Origin: Myxococcota bacterium
GTDB lineage: Bacteria; Myxococcota_A; Polyangia; DRWM01
Length of the DNA: 60,244 bases
NCBI GenBank assembly: GCA_041309365.1
Contig: JBFYZU010000055.1
Coordinates: forward strand, 1 to 60,244
Reading direction: 5' to 3'
Every line of letters begins with the position of its first letter. Position 1 is the first letter of the stretch. The notes under the pieces were generated by a model. The model was not told where the DNA came from, ran no database searches, and saw only the letters and a program-made list of their open reading frames with translations. This document shows, piece by piece, positions 9,767-18,824 of this stretch. Position numbers and translations under genes: made by a program.

Positions 9767-11589
9767 TTTTGCTTGACGCTGATGCTCAAGAAGACCGAGC
9801 CCTCGAGCAGATAGGGTGTGGTGATGAAGTAGCGATCCATGGTCACCAGCGGAGCTTCCCCCAGGTCGCCGGCTTCGGGCTTGAGCGTGGACAGTGCCGA
9901 CAGGGGCAGGGTCGGGATCGGCTTGCCCTCGATGATGAGCCCCATCGACGGTGCCTGCACCAGGGCCACTGCCTTGTCATCCGGCCATCCCAGGGCCAGG
10001 TTTGCGATCACGTCGTCCAGGTCGTCCGGCGGCACGTACTCCGGTGGGACCATGCTGCCGGGCTTGATCTCCACCCGGATCTTCTGGCCGGCAGTGCCAG
10101 CCGGGACGTCCAGGGTGAACGGCAGGGTCATCTTCGAGCCCTGGTGCGGCGCGATGACCACCCAGACCCGGATCTGGTCGCCCTCCTCGACCTCGTCCTT
10201 CTCGGCCCAGGCACCCGCGATGGTGGCCACGTCGTGGCCGTACGTCAGCTCGAGATCCACGATCACCCGCTCGACGCGGGCCTTCTCGAAGGGCGACTGC
10301 ATGATGACCGACAGCGCCTCGGCGAGCCGCTGCGAGTAGGCGAGGCTGAGGGTACCGGTGGAAAGAAAGACCTTGTCGTCGAACTTCAGCTCTTCGTGGC
10401 CCGCCACCTCGATGACGAAGCTGCCTTCCACGACGGTGTCCACCACCTCCAGCGCGAAGTGATCGACGGCGCTCGTGAGCGCCGACCGCACGAGGCTGGG
10501 CGTGACGCTCGGATGGTGCGCCACGTCCATGTGCCATGTCTGCTTCATGCCTCGCGTGCCGTCCTCGAGCCGCACCTCGAGGTCCACCGTCTGCGGATCC
10601 ACGGAGGCGTCCGAGAGGATCCCTGCCTGGCGGTCCTGGACGATGGTGCCCGCCGCCTCCAGAGACTCGCTCATCTTGAACGAGAAAGCTTCCGAGGCCA
10701 GGCAGTGGTGGATGTGCGCCCTTGCCGCCGGGAAGCGGACCTCGCCGAAGTTGAACATCGGGTGGCCGAAGCCGAGCGCTCTCGTTCCCTGGACAAAGGT
10801 CACGGTGCCCGTGGCCGCCATGTCCAGATCTCCTCCCACGAGCCTCACGGCGATGGCATCTCCCGGCCGGAAGGGCGACGAGCCCGTGTCGGTTCCCTTG
10901 CCCTTGCCCGCGGAAACGACCCCTGTGGCGGCCGACGCCGCAGGCACCGGCGGCGCCTCCACCATGAAGTTCGAGGCCAGCATCGGGCCCAGGGTCTGGA
11001 CGAACGAGCTCCAGAGCACACCGCTCCCGCTCACGGGCGTTGCCAAAGGCACGACCTGCGAGGTCTGCATGTCGAACCTGTCCCAGAAGGAAGGGGGGGC
11101 CTTCGTCACGTCGGCCTGCGACGGCTTGACGAGCTTGCCAATTCCCGTGCCGAGCCCGGGCGGCATGGCAGGCATGTCCAGGTAGGCCTTCATGGAAGCC
11201 ACCGGGGTGATGCCCGCGATGGGGTCCTTGGCGAAGCGCCAGGCATAGGCCACCGCTCCGGCCAGCCGGCCGTCCAGGAAAACCGGGCTGCCGCTCATGC
11301 CGGCGATGACCCCCGCGTGGTCGAGCACGGGGTGGGAGCAGCGCGCCAGGATCAGATCCTGGTTGGGCAAGAAGTCGTGGATGACGCTGATGACTTCGAC
11401 GTCGAACTTCTCGGGCTCGAGCCCCTCGAACACCGTCAACCCGTGACCCTTCATGCCGGCAGTCACCTCCGAGACGGCGATGGTGCCCGGGCTGTCGTTC
11501 TTTTCCTTGCCAACGGCCATGGTGCCCACGCTCGATGCCACGGCGAGCGCCAGGGCCACATGGACCGTCCACCGAAAAGATTGGTTCAT
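9763..11589 (-). CDS. peptidase S55 (SpoIVB-like serine peptidase) family protein
   Basis: Signal peptide. The segment EKFDVEVISV...AGVIAGMSGSPVFLDGRLAGAVAYA...DPIAGITPV closely parallels the SpoIVB catalytic-Ser region (GMSGSP). AGAGGGA precedes the ATG. Confidence 0.75.
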   Translation of the reverse strand: MNQSFRWTVHVALALAVASSVGTMAVGKEKNDSPGTIAVSEVTAGMKGHGLTVFEGLEPEKFDVEVISVIHDFLPNQDLILARCSHPVLDHAGVIAGMSGSPVFLDGRLAGAVAYAWRFAKDPIAGITPVASMKAYLDMPAMPPGLGTGIGKLVKPSQADVTKAPPSFWDRFDMQTSQVVPLATPVSGSGVLWSSFVQTLGPMLASNFMVEAPPVPAASAATGVVSAGKGKGTDTGSSPFRPGDAIAVRLVGGDLDMAATGTVTFVQGTRALGFGHPMFNFGEVRFPAARAHIHHCLASEAFSFKMSESLEAAGTIVQDRQAGILSDASVDPQTVDLEVRLEDGTRGMKQTWHMDVAHHPSVTPSLVRSALTSAVDHFALEVVDTVVEGSFVIEVAGHEELKFDDKVFLSTGTLSLAYSQRLAEALSVIMQSPFEKARVERVIVDLELTYGHDVATIAGAWAEKDEVEEGDQIRVWVVIAPHQGSKMTLPFTLDVPAGTAGQKIRVEIKPGSMVPPEYVPPDDLDDVIANLALGWPDDKAVALVQAPSMGLIIEGKPIPTLPLSALSTLKPEAGDLGEAPLVTMDRYFITTPYLLEGSVFLSISVKQK

Positions 11590-11659
11590 CGTGTGTTCCC
11601 TCTTTGCCGAGAAGCGAGAATATAGGCGATCCCGTTCGTCGGTGGTAGGGCCGCAGGTC

Positions 11660-12451
11660 TCAGCGAGCCGCCGCGAGCAAGGGTTCGAAAAGCACGCTCA
11701 TCGCATCGAGCACCGGACCGTCGGAGCACACGTACAGGTAGCCTCCCTGACGCGAAGGCACGGCGCACCCCAGACATGCACCGAACCCGCAGGCCATGAG
11801 CGCCTCCATGCACGCGAGGCAAGAGACGCGGTGATCGGCGCACAGCCTCGCCACGGCCGCCATCATGGGCACCGGGCCACAGGTCAGCACACGATCCACT
11901 CCACCGGCATCGAGGACGTCCGAGAGCGGTCCTGTGGCCATGCCCTCGACGCCGCAAGATCCGTCTTCGGTGACCTCGACGAGATCGGCGACCCTCGACG
12001 CCCTCTCGCGCATCACCAGATCCGCACCCGTGCGCCCACCGTAGATCATGCGAGGACGAGGGTTGCGGGCCGCGTGAAAGATGAGCGGCGAGGCGCCCAC
12101 TCCCCCGCCCACGAGCACCTCGCGCTGCCCTTGCATGGCCGGCGCAAAGCCCTGGCCCAGCGGCGCGATCATCCGGATCTCGTCTCCTGCCTGCAGCGAG
12201 ACCAGCGATCTTGTGCCCTGGCCCACCTCGCGGATGAGGAACTCCAGGGTGTCGCCCGCGTCCATGATGGACATTGGCCTGTGCAGGAGTGTCCCCGCTC
12301 GAGGGACTTCCAGCATGGCGAACTGGCCCGGCTGCGCGTCGACGGGTCCTGCCGGCTGGACGCGAAGGATCCCGTAGCCTCTGGCCGGTCGCGAGCAATC
12401 GACCACGCTACAGCGCATCAGCTCGAGGTTTTCGTGCCTTGGCTCGCCCAT
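11660..12451 (-). CDS. pyrK: dihydroorotate dehydrogenase (class 1B) electron-transfer subunit
   Basis: FAD/NAD-binding fold (RPMSI, GQGF) and a C-terminal 2Fe-2S Cys cluster (CMEALMACGFGACLGC). Lies directly downstream of pyrD. Confidence 0.85.
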   Translation of the reverse strand: MGEPRHENLELMRCSVVDCSRPARGYGILRVQPAGPVDAQPGQFAMLEVPRAGTLLHRPMSIMDAGDTLEFLIREVGQGTRSLVSLQAGDEIRMIAPLGQGFAPAMQGQREVLVGGGVGASPLIFHAARNPRPRMIYGGRTGADLVMRERASRVADLVEVTEDGSCGVEGMATGPLSDVLDAGGVDRVLTCGPVPMMAAVARLCADHRVSCLACMEALMACGFGACLGCAVPSRQGGYLYVCSDGPVLDAMSVLFEPLLAAAR

Positions 12452-12452
12452 G

Positions 12453-13379
12453 CTACCTCTCGCCCGTGCGCACGCTGCCGATGATTTCCTTCACGGTCGT
12501 CTCCCGGCTCTCGCACCATCGCGCCAGATCCTCGATGACGCGAAAGGGGGTCATGGGATCCGCGAAGGAGGCCGTGCCTATCTGAACGGCGCTCGCCCCT
12601 GCCATGAGAAAGGCCAGCGTGTCCTCGACCGAGCCGATCCCGCCGATGCCCACGACAGGGATGCTCACGGCGTGCGAGACCTCGTGTACGATCCTGAGAG
12701 CGATGGGACGGATGGCAGGGCCGCTCAGCCCACCGTAGACCATCGCCAGCCTCGGGCGACGCGTGCCCACGTCGATGGCCATGCCGCGTATCGTGTTGAT
12801 GGCACTCAGGGCACAGGCTCCTGCCTGCTCGCAGGCGCGTGCCACGGAGATGATGTCCGGGGCCTCGGGCGTGAGCTTCACCACCACCGGCAAGGAGGAT
12901 GCACCGATCACGGTCCTGGTGAGGGCGGCTGCCATGTGCGGATCGCGCCCGAAGTGGATCCCGCCCTCGTGGACGTTCGGGCAGGATACGTTCAGCTCCA
13001 GGGCGCCGATCCCTTCTTCCCTGGCCAGCCGCTCGGCGAGCCTGGCAAAGTCACCCACGCTCTTCGCGAAGATGTTGACTATCACGGTCACGCCGGCCTG
13101 CCTGAGCACGGGCAGCACCTGGAGCGCGAAGGCCTCGACCCCGATGTTGGCAAGCCCGATGGCATTGAGCATGCCGGCCGGTGTCTCGCAGACGCGCGGT
13201 GGTGGGTTCCCGGGACGAGGCTCGAGGCTCAGCCCCTTGGTGCAGACGGCGCCGAGCTTTGCGCTCAGCGCAGCCGGCTGGACGTCGTGGCCGTACCCCC
13301 AGGTCCCGGAGGCGGTCATGACGGGGTTCGCGAGCACGAGCGGCCCCACTCGCGTCATGAGCCTGTCCGTGCTCACCAT
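12453..13379 (-). CDS. pyrD: dihydroorotate dehydrogenase catalytic subunit (class 1B)
   Basis: LANPVMTASGTWGYG, NLSCPNV-like (LNVSCPNV) and GIGGI motifs. ATG 13379 was chosen and ATG 13358 is also possible. The longer ORF N-terminus looks non-coding. Confidence 0.9.
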   Translation of the reverse strand: MVSTDRLMTRVGPLVLANPVMTASGTWGYGHDVQPAALSAKLGAVCTKGLSLEPRPGNPPPRVCETPAGMLNAIGLANIGVEAFALQVLPVLRQAGVTVIVNIFAKSVGDFARLAERLAREEGIGALELNVSCPNVHEGGIHFGRDPHMAAALTRTVIGASSLPVVVKLTPEAPDIISVARACEQAGACALSAINTIRGMAIDVGTRRPRLAMVYGGLSGPAIRPIALRIVHEVSHAVSIPVVGIGGIGSVEDTLAFLMAGASAVQIGTASFADPMTPFRVIEDLARWCESRETTVKEIIGSVRTGER

Positions 13380-13454
13380 GCTCGCCCAACATATCCCAGG
13401 GTCACGCCGGTGCCAAGCCCGCGCCGCACAGCCCGCGCCGCACACCCAACCACG

Positions 13455-13483
13455 TTGCACATTCACAACACACCGAATATAAA
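13455..13483 (+). promoter_or_regulatory. candidate sigma-70-type promoter for the Hsp70 gene (TTGCAC-N17-TATAAA)
   Basis: The hexamers and 17-nt spacer were read directly. The site is ~50 nt upstream of ATG 13537, in an AT-richer stretch. Confidence 0.35.
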
Positions 13484-13536
13484 GATCGGCGGATCCGGGC
13501 AGACGGAGCCCGATGAGGGAGCCCTGGTAGCAGATC

Positions 13537-15984
13537 ATGGCTGAGATCTCGGTAGGAATCGACCTGGGCACGACCAACTCGTGCATATCGACGTGCTGGC
13601 CCAATGGCCAGCCGCGGCTTCTCAGGGACGACACGGGCGTGGGCGTGATCCCGTCGGTGGTCTCGTTCCTGGAGGACGGTCGTCTCGAGGTGGGGACCAA
13701 GGCCAGGCAGCGCCTTCTCACCGATCTGGGCAACACCTTCTATTCCGTGAAGCGCTTCATCGGCCGCGATATGAGGCTCGAGGAGAACCGCTGGGCCGCT
13801 TCACAGTATCCGTTCTCGATCGAGGCGGGGCAGAACGGGATCCCGATGGCCGTGACGAGGGGCCGCAGGTTCCCGGTCTACCAGATCTCGGGTCACGTGC
13901 TCGAGTACCTCAAGGGCATGGCGGAGAAGTCCCTGGATCAGTCCGTCACCAAGGCGGTCATCACGGTCCCGGCAAACTTCAACGAGGTACAGAGGCGCTC
14001 CACCCACCAGGCTGGCGAGTACGCGGGCTTCGAGGTCCTGCGCGTCTTCAACGAGCCCACGGCAGCGGCCCTGGCCTACGGGCTGGGCAAGGACACGCGA
14101 CGGATCATCGCGGTCTACGATTTCGGAGGTGGTACCTTCGACATCACCATCCTCAGGCTCGAGGACCCCGTGTTCGAGGTGCTGTCCACTTCCGGCGACA
14201 TGCTCCTGGGAGGTGACGACTTCGACCGCAAGGTGCTCGCGGACATGTTCGAGCAGTTCCGCCGCACGTACGGCTTCGATCCCGGCTCCGACCAGTCGCT
14301 GGTGCAGCGTTTCACGCTGGGTGCGGAGCGCATGAAGTGCCAGCTCACCGACTGGATCGTGACGGCATTCGAGGATCGCCACGTGCGCAACCCGTCCGGA
14401 TCCTCCCTGCCGCCCTTTCACTACGAGATCAACCGCGACAGGTTCCGCGCGCTCGTGAATGAGCTCGCGGAACGCTCCTTCGTGTCCTGCGACGAGGCTT
14501 TCAAGCTGGCAGGCCTGGGCACGGGGGACATCGACGAGGTCATCCTCGTGGGTGGCACGACGCGGATCCCGTTCTTGCGCCAGCGCGTGCGCGAGTACTT
14601 CGGCCGGCCGCCGCTGGACAAGATCCAGCCCGACGTGGTCGTGTCCATCGGTGCCGCCATCCAGGCATACGCTCTGGCGGGCGGCGATCTCATCTACCCC
14701 GCCAGGACGAGGGACATGCTCCCCATCCGCAAGGTGGAACCACGGCCGCCCGCGGCCAAGCCGCGCGAATCTGCCGACATGGAGATCCTCGACGACCTGT
14801 CCGATGACCTGATGCTCGAGGAAGAGGCTTCCATGCGCAAGCTCGCGGGAGGCCGGACGATGAAGGGGATGGCCGCCACGGCGAGACCTGCCGATCGGCC
14901 GGAAAGCGGTGAACGAGCCCCGTCGCCGCCATCCAGCACACACCTCCAGGCGCGTCCCTCTGCTGCGCCTGGCGCAGCCAGGAAAAAGACGATGCCGCTC
15001 ACGGGCACGCCGTCGCGGCCGCCGTCGGGCCCGCGCGACTCGGAGCCGCCCGATCGCCGTCGCGGGCAGACACTGAGGTATGCGCCCGCCATCAAGCCGC
15101 CCTCTTCTGCCGGTGTCGTCGACCTTCCCGGAAACAAGCCGGGCGACGGGCCTTCTGCAGGCGGGTTTTCCCTCGCCGATCCTTTCGCTGGCGAGGATCT
15201 GCCCCTGCGCAAGGTCACGGGAGGCCACGAGTACAGGCCCAGGCTCGATCCCGTCGAGCCTGCGCTGCTCGAGCCCGAGCCTCCCGAGGAACCGGGTCCG
15301 GACGACCTCGAGGTCGTCATGCCCACCCCTGCAGCGCCGCCGGGACCCGTCGCATCGCCGCGACCGGCCTCCTCCTTCTCGTCCGTTGGCCAGCCGGCCC
15401 AGGCCCACGAGGCCATGGGCATGGACCTGTTCGACGACTCCGACGTGGCCATCGCTCCTCTGGACATCCTCGAGTCCAGGCCATCGAAGGCGCCCATGGT
15501 GACACCCGAGGCAGCGGCCCAGCCCTACGTGCCGCAGGACGTGATCGAGGAGATGGAAAGGCAACCGGCCGTCTCGTCGCCCGGCGCCGATCCCATCGCC
15601 GCCATGATGAGCCAGCCCGCCAGGGCACCCTTGCTGCTCGACGTGACGCCTCATACCCTGTGCGTGGCCACGGTGGGGGGCTTCGTGGAGGTCATCGTCC
15701 GCAAGAACTCGCCCGTGCCCATAGAGAAGGCTCACCTTTTCACCACGTCCGTGGACGACCAGGAGCGAGCGGTCATCAAGGTCCTGGAAGGAGAGTCCCC
15801 GCGCGCCGCGGACAACCACGTGCTCGGCGAGGTGGAGCTCGTGGGGATGCGCAAGGCCCCGCGCGGCGCCATCAAGATAGAGGTCATGTGCGAGATCACC
15901 GTTGACGGCATCCTGAAGGTCTCCGGCCGCAACCTCGAGACGGGGGAGGCGCAGGTGGCCAGGCTGACCCTGTTCGGCGGCTGA
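13537..15984 (+). CDS. atypical Hsp70-family chaperone (NBD + ~300-aa Pro-rich insert + SBD-beta, no helical lid)
   Basis: [17 protein letters not shown] and LVGGTTRIP motifs mark the ATPase domain. [10 protein letters not shown]...[10 protein letters not shown] marks the beta substrate domain, which ends at the stop. Confidence 0.9.
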   Translation: MAEISVGIDLGTTNSCISTCWPNGQPRLLRDDTGVGVIPSVVSFLEDGRLEVGTKARQRLLTDLGNTFYSVKRFIGRDMRLEENRWAASQYPFSIEAGQNGIPMAVTRGRRFPVYQISGHVLEYLKGMAEKSLDQSVTKAVITVPANFNEVQRRSTHQAGEYAGFEVLRVFNEPTAAALAYGLGKDTRRIIAVYDFGGGTFDITILRLEDPVFEVLSTSGDMLLGGDDFDRKVLADMFEQFRRTYGFDPGSDQSLVQRFTLGAERMKCQLTDWIVTAFEDRHVRNPSGSSLPPFHYEINRDRFRALVNELAERSFVSCDEAFKLAGLGTGDIDEVILVGGTTRIPFLRQRVREYFGRPPLDKIQPDVVVSIGAAIQAYALAGGDLIYPARTRDMLPIRKVEPRPPAAKPRESADMEILDDLSDDLMLEEEASMRKLAGGRTMKGMAATARPADRPESGERAPSPPSSTHLQARPSAAPGAARKKTMPLTGTPSRPPSGPRDSEPPDRRRGQTLRYAPAIKPPSSAGVVDLPGNKPGDGPSAGGFSLADPFAGEDLPLRKVTGGHEYRPRLDPVEPALLEPEPPEEPGPDDLEVVMPTPAAPPGPVASPRPASSFSSVGQPAQAHEAMGMDLFDDSDVAIAPLDILESRPSKAPMVTPEAAAQPYVPQDVIEEMERQPAVSSPGADPIAAMMSQPARAPLLLDVTPHTLCVATVGGFVEVIVRKNSPVPIEKAHLFTTSVDDQERAVIKVLEGESPRAADNHVLGEVELVGMRKAPRGAIKIEVMCEITVDGILKVSGRNLETGEAQVARLTLFGG

Positions 15985-15985
15985 G

Positions 15986-16504
15986 ATGGGAGACTGGGAC
16001 AGCTGGGCATCTCGAATCGAGCGTGCCCACGAGGCGCTCGGCAAGGCGGACTACTACGCCGTGCTGGGGGTCGCACGCGACGCGGATCGGGACGCCATCC
16101 GCTCTGCCTACTACGCCAGGGCCCAGCAGCTGCACCCGGACCGCCTCGTGGGCGCCCCCGAGCCCGGTCGGAGCCATGCCGCCGCCATCTACAAGCGTGT
16201 CAGCGAGGCGTACCAGACGCTCTCGGACCCCGAGCTTCGAGCCCACTACGACCGCAGCCTCGGGCAAGGGGAGACGCGCCTGAGCGTGGTGAACCGGCTC
16301 ACCCTCAAGCCTCGCGGTCAGGACTGGTTCCTCAAGACCGATGGGGGGCGAAAGCACTACCGGGCCGCCATGGAGGCGCTCGAGAAGGGTAACCTGTCCA
16401 TGGCCCGGCTCAACGCGGAGATCGCCATCCGCCACGAGGGAGAACTGCAGGAGCTCGTGGATCTTCTCGAGAGGATCCGGTCCGGTCGGGCTCCCGGAGA
16501 ATAG
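15986..16504 (+). CDS. J-domain protein
   Basis: DYYAVLGV...QLHPDR (HPD motif). ATG lies 1 nt after the Hsp70 stop. Confidence 0.85.
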   Translation: MGDWDSWASRIERAHEALGKADYYAVLGVARDADRDAIRSAYYARAQQLHPDRLVGAPEPGRSHAAAIYKRVSEAYQTLSDPELRAHYDRSLGQGETRLSVVNRLTLKPRGQDWFLKTDGGRKHYRAAMEALEKGNLSMARLNAEIAIRHEGELQELVDLLERIRSGRAPGE

Positions 16505-16547
16505 GATGGGGCGACGTGCGGTCTAAACACACGCGAGGTCAAATGCC

Positions 16548-17804
16548 ATGAACGGATCGAAGATGCTGACCCTCACGACCTGCCTTCTCGCCATGAGCGT
16601 GGCCTGGGTGTGCCAGGCAGGGGATCCCCAGTACGAGGCAGCCCTCGACGAGGGCCATGCCGCCCTGGAGGCTGGCAAGTGGACCGAGGCGACGGCAGCG
16701 TTCAAGAACGCGGCCAAGCTCAACAAGGCGAGCCCGGAAGAGGCCCTTTTCGGCCAGGCCATGGTGCCCGTGAGCAAGGGCGATTTCCAGACGGCAAAGG
16801 GCCAGTGCAAGAAGTTCGTGGCCAAGTACAAGAAGAGCCCCTGGTCGCACACCTGCATGGGATATGCCTTCCTCGTGTGGAAGAAGTGGGGCCAGGCACA
16901 GGATTCGTTCGACAAGGCGCTGGAGCTCGATCCCGGATTCGCCCTGGCCATGGCTGGGCAGGGCCACGCGCTGGTCATCGCTGTCAAGCCGGACGAGGCC
17001 GTGAGCATGTACCAGAAGGCCCTGGCCGAGGATCCCGAGAATCTCGAGGCCCTTCTGGGCCTGGCCGAGGTGTACCTTTCCAAGGCAAAGAGCGAGGAGT
17101 CGGTGGATCTTCTGCGCCGTGCGGTCGAGGCCCATCCTGGCTCGGCCCGGGCGCAGCTGGCGCTGGGCAAGGCGCTGGGCAAGGGCGAGGAGGCTGCCTC
17201 GCACCTGACCAGGGCTTGCGAGATCCGGCCGGACTGGGCCGAGGCCCTGCTGGTGCTGGGCGAGGTGCAGTATGCCTCGGGCAATCACGCCGAGGCCCTG
17301 CTGGCACTGACGAAGGCCTGGGAGCTCGAGCCCAGCCACGTGCAGGCGGGCAAGCTCATCGGGATGTGCCAGTACGAGCTCGGCATGTACGAGAAGGCCA
17401 TCGAGACCATCGAGGCCGTGCTCGAGAAGGTCCCGAACCTGGCGGACGCGGCCCTCACCCTTGCGAGGAGCCTGGACGCGCTCAACCGTTACGAGGAGGC
17501 CATCGAGGCGTACAAGCAGGCCATCAACCTGGACTCCAAGGGAACGACTCCCCTGTTCCTGCTCGCCGAGCTCTACTACAGGATGGGCAAGAGCACGAGC
17601 GCCCTGTCCACCCTCGAGAAGGCCGTCACCCTCGCCCCGAAGCTCTCCATGGCCCACAAGCTCATGGGTGACATCTACTTCGAGAACAACCAGTTCAAGC
17701 TCTCCAAGGACGCCTACCAGGCCGCAATGGCCGGAGACAAGAAGGGCATCGACGAGAGCCTCGTCAAGGGTCGCCTCAAGCAGCTCAAGGAGATGGGCAA
17801 GTAG
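16548..17804 (+). CDS. exported TPR-repeat protein
   Basis: Signal peptide MNGSKMLTLTTCLLAMSVAWVCQA, then about 10 TPR-like 34-aa repeats (A..Y.KAL..DP pattern). Confidence 0.85.
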   Translation: MNGSKMLTLTTCLLAMSVAWVCQAGDPQYEAALDEGHAALEAGKWTEATAAFKNAAKLNKASPEEALFGQAMVPVSKGDFQTAKGQCKKFVAKYKKSPWSHTCMGYAFLVWKKWGQAQDSFDKALELDPGFALAMAGQGHALVIAVKPDEAVSMYQKALAEDPENLEALLGLAEVYLSKAKSEESVDLLRRAVEAHPGSARAQLALGKALGKGEEAASHLTRACEIRPDWAEALLVLGEVQYASGNHAEALLALTKAWELEPSHVQAGKLIGMCQYELGMYEKAIETIEAVLEKVPNLADAALTLARSLDALNRYEEAIEAYKQAINLDSKGTTPLFLLAELYYRMGKSTSALSTLEKAVTLAPKLSMAHKLMGDIYFENNQFKLSKDAYQAAMAGDKKGIDESLVKGRLKQLKEMGK

Positions 17805-17898
17805 CCCTCTCGCCCCGTCCATCTTCGAAGGAAACTTCCGGCTCCCTCGCGGCGATACCTGGGCCATGGCCCCCAGGGCCAAGGAAAGCGAGGAAGCC

Positions 17899-18360
17899 AT
17901 GATCACGTCAATCAAGCACACATCCCAGGAAGCCATCACCGTGGAGCCCACCGTCGTCAGGCAGACCCCGCCCGACGCCAAGGCCAAGTTCGGAGAGGCG
18001 CTCAAGCAGTCGGCCATGGTCCTGCTCGGAGCGGCCACGGGCGTGGCCTCGGTCCTGCCTGCGGGTGGGATCCTGAGCGCCGCCATACGCACCGGAGCCG
18101 GTCTGGCCACATCCCCTTCGCTCCCGGCCTCGAGCCTTCTCCCGGCGTCCCCGTCCGCATCGCAAGGTTCGCTCGCTGCGACAGGCGGCTCGGAGATGGA
18201 TCAGATGTGGCAGCTGCAGCAGCAGGGCGTGGAGTCGAGCCTGGAGGTGCTCAAGATCCAGGAAGCCATCAGCCAGGAGAATCGCGTGTTCTCCACCCTG
18301 TCCAACGTTCTCAAGGCGAGGCACGAGACTGCGAGGACAGCGATCAACAACATACGGTAG
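17899..18360 (+). CDS. small hypothetical protein with Gly/Ala hydrophobic segment and helical C-terminus
   Basis: ATG 17899 follows GAGGAAG, and ATG 17866 is also possible. High GC3. The C-terminus is ...LSNVLKARHETARTAINNIR. Confidence 0.55.
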   Translation: MITSIKHTSQEAITVEPTVVRQTPPDAKAKFGEALKQSAMVLLGAATGVASVLPAGGILSAAIRTGAGLATSPSLPASSLLPASPSASQGSLAATGGSEMDQMWQLQQQGVESSLEVLKIQEAISQENRVFSTLSNVLKARHETARTAINNIR

Positions 18361-18433
18361 AGACCCGCCCTTGCCGCCGGCACATGGCATCCGGTAAGCT
18401 GGCGTTTCGAGGGATTGGATCGGGCATCGTACC

Positions 18434-18784
18434 GTGCAAGTGAAGAAGACAGCAGGTCCGTCGGCCACCGGGCTCGTGCAGGCTCCCGACGAGGCCTCGC
18501 CCGCACGCCCCGCGGCACAGGCACCCTTTGGCGAGAGCCTCGGGCCGTCGCCCGCCGGGACGTCCCAAGCCGCAGGCCTCGACAGCATCGTGGAGGGCAT
18601 CGTCGGTGAGGTCCGTGCGGGCCGTCTCGAGCCCGAAGCCGCCCTGGATTCCATCGTCGAGGCTGCCCGCGAGATGGTGGCCGCCTCCTTGCCCAACGAT
18701 GTTGATACAGAGCAGGTGCTCGAGTATATTAGGGAAACCTTGAAAGATGATCCCACCTTCAATTCCCTGCTCCGGGGTTCCTGA
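18434..18784 (+). CDS. small hypothetical protein (disordered N-terminal half, helical C-terminal half)
   Basis: GTG start with a weak RBS and coding-like GC3. Contains an internal LDSIVEG/LDSIVEA repeat. Confidence 0.45.
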   Translation: MQVKKTAGPSATGLVQAPDEASPARPAAQAPFGESLGPSPAGTSQAAGLDSIVEGIVGEVRAGRLEPEAALDSIVEAAREMVAASLPNDVDTEQVLEYIRETLKDDPTFNSLLRGS

Positions 18785-18824
18785 GCAGGTACGGGGTGGG
18801 TGAAGGCTGATCGGAGGGCCCAGG

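Noticed and set aside
13801-16044. 747-aa ORF antisense to the Hsp70 gene. Similar very long alternate-frame or antisense ORFs occur at 8-1210, 2110-3393, 3651-4772, 4616-6259, 6391-7767, 7151-8878, 9685-11625, 16539-18110, 18759-20693, 23261-24349, 24807-26399, 33423-35369, 38582-41413, 41537-43096, 50173-52344, 53431-54807 and 56843-59044.
   Set aside because: Their translations are Arg/Gly/Pro/His-rich with no motifs. Each overlaps a frame with clear family signatures and a proper RBS/start. Stop-codon depletion in GC-rich DNA explains them.
17861-17872. Perfect 12-nt palindrome GGGCCATGGCCC between the TPR gene and the first small ORF.
   Set aside because: It contains an alternative in-frame ATG (17866) for the small ORF. 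It is GC-rich and has no loop, so it is not a terminator. There is no second copy to suggest an operator.
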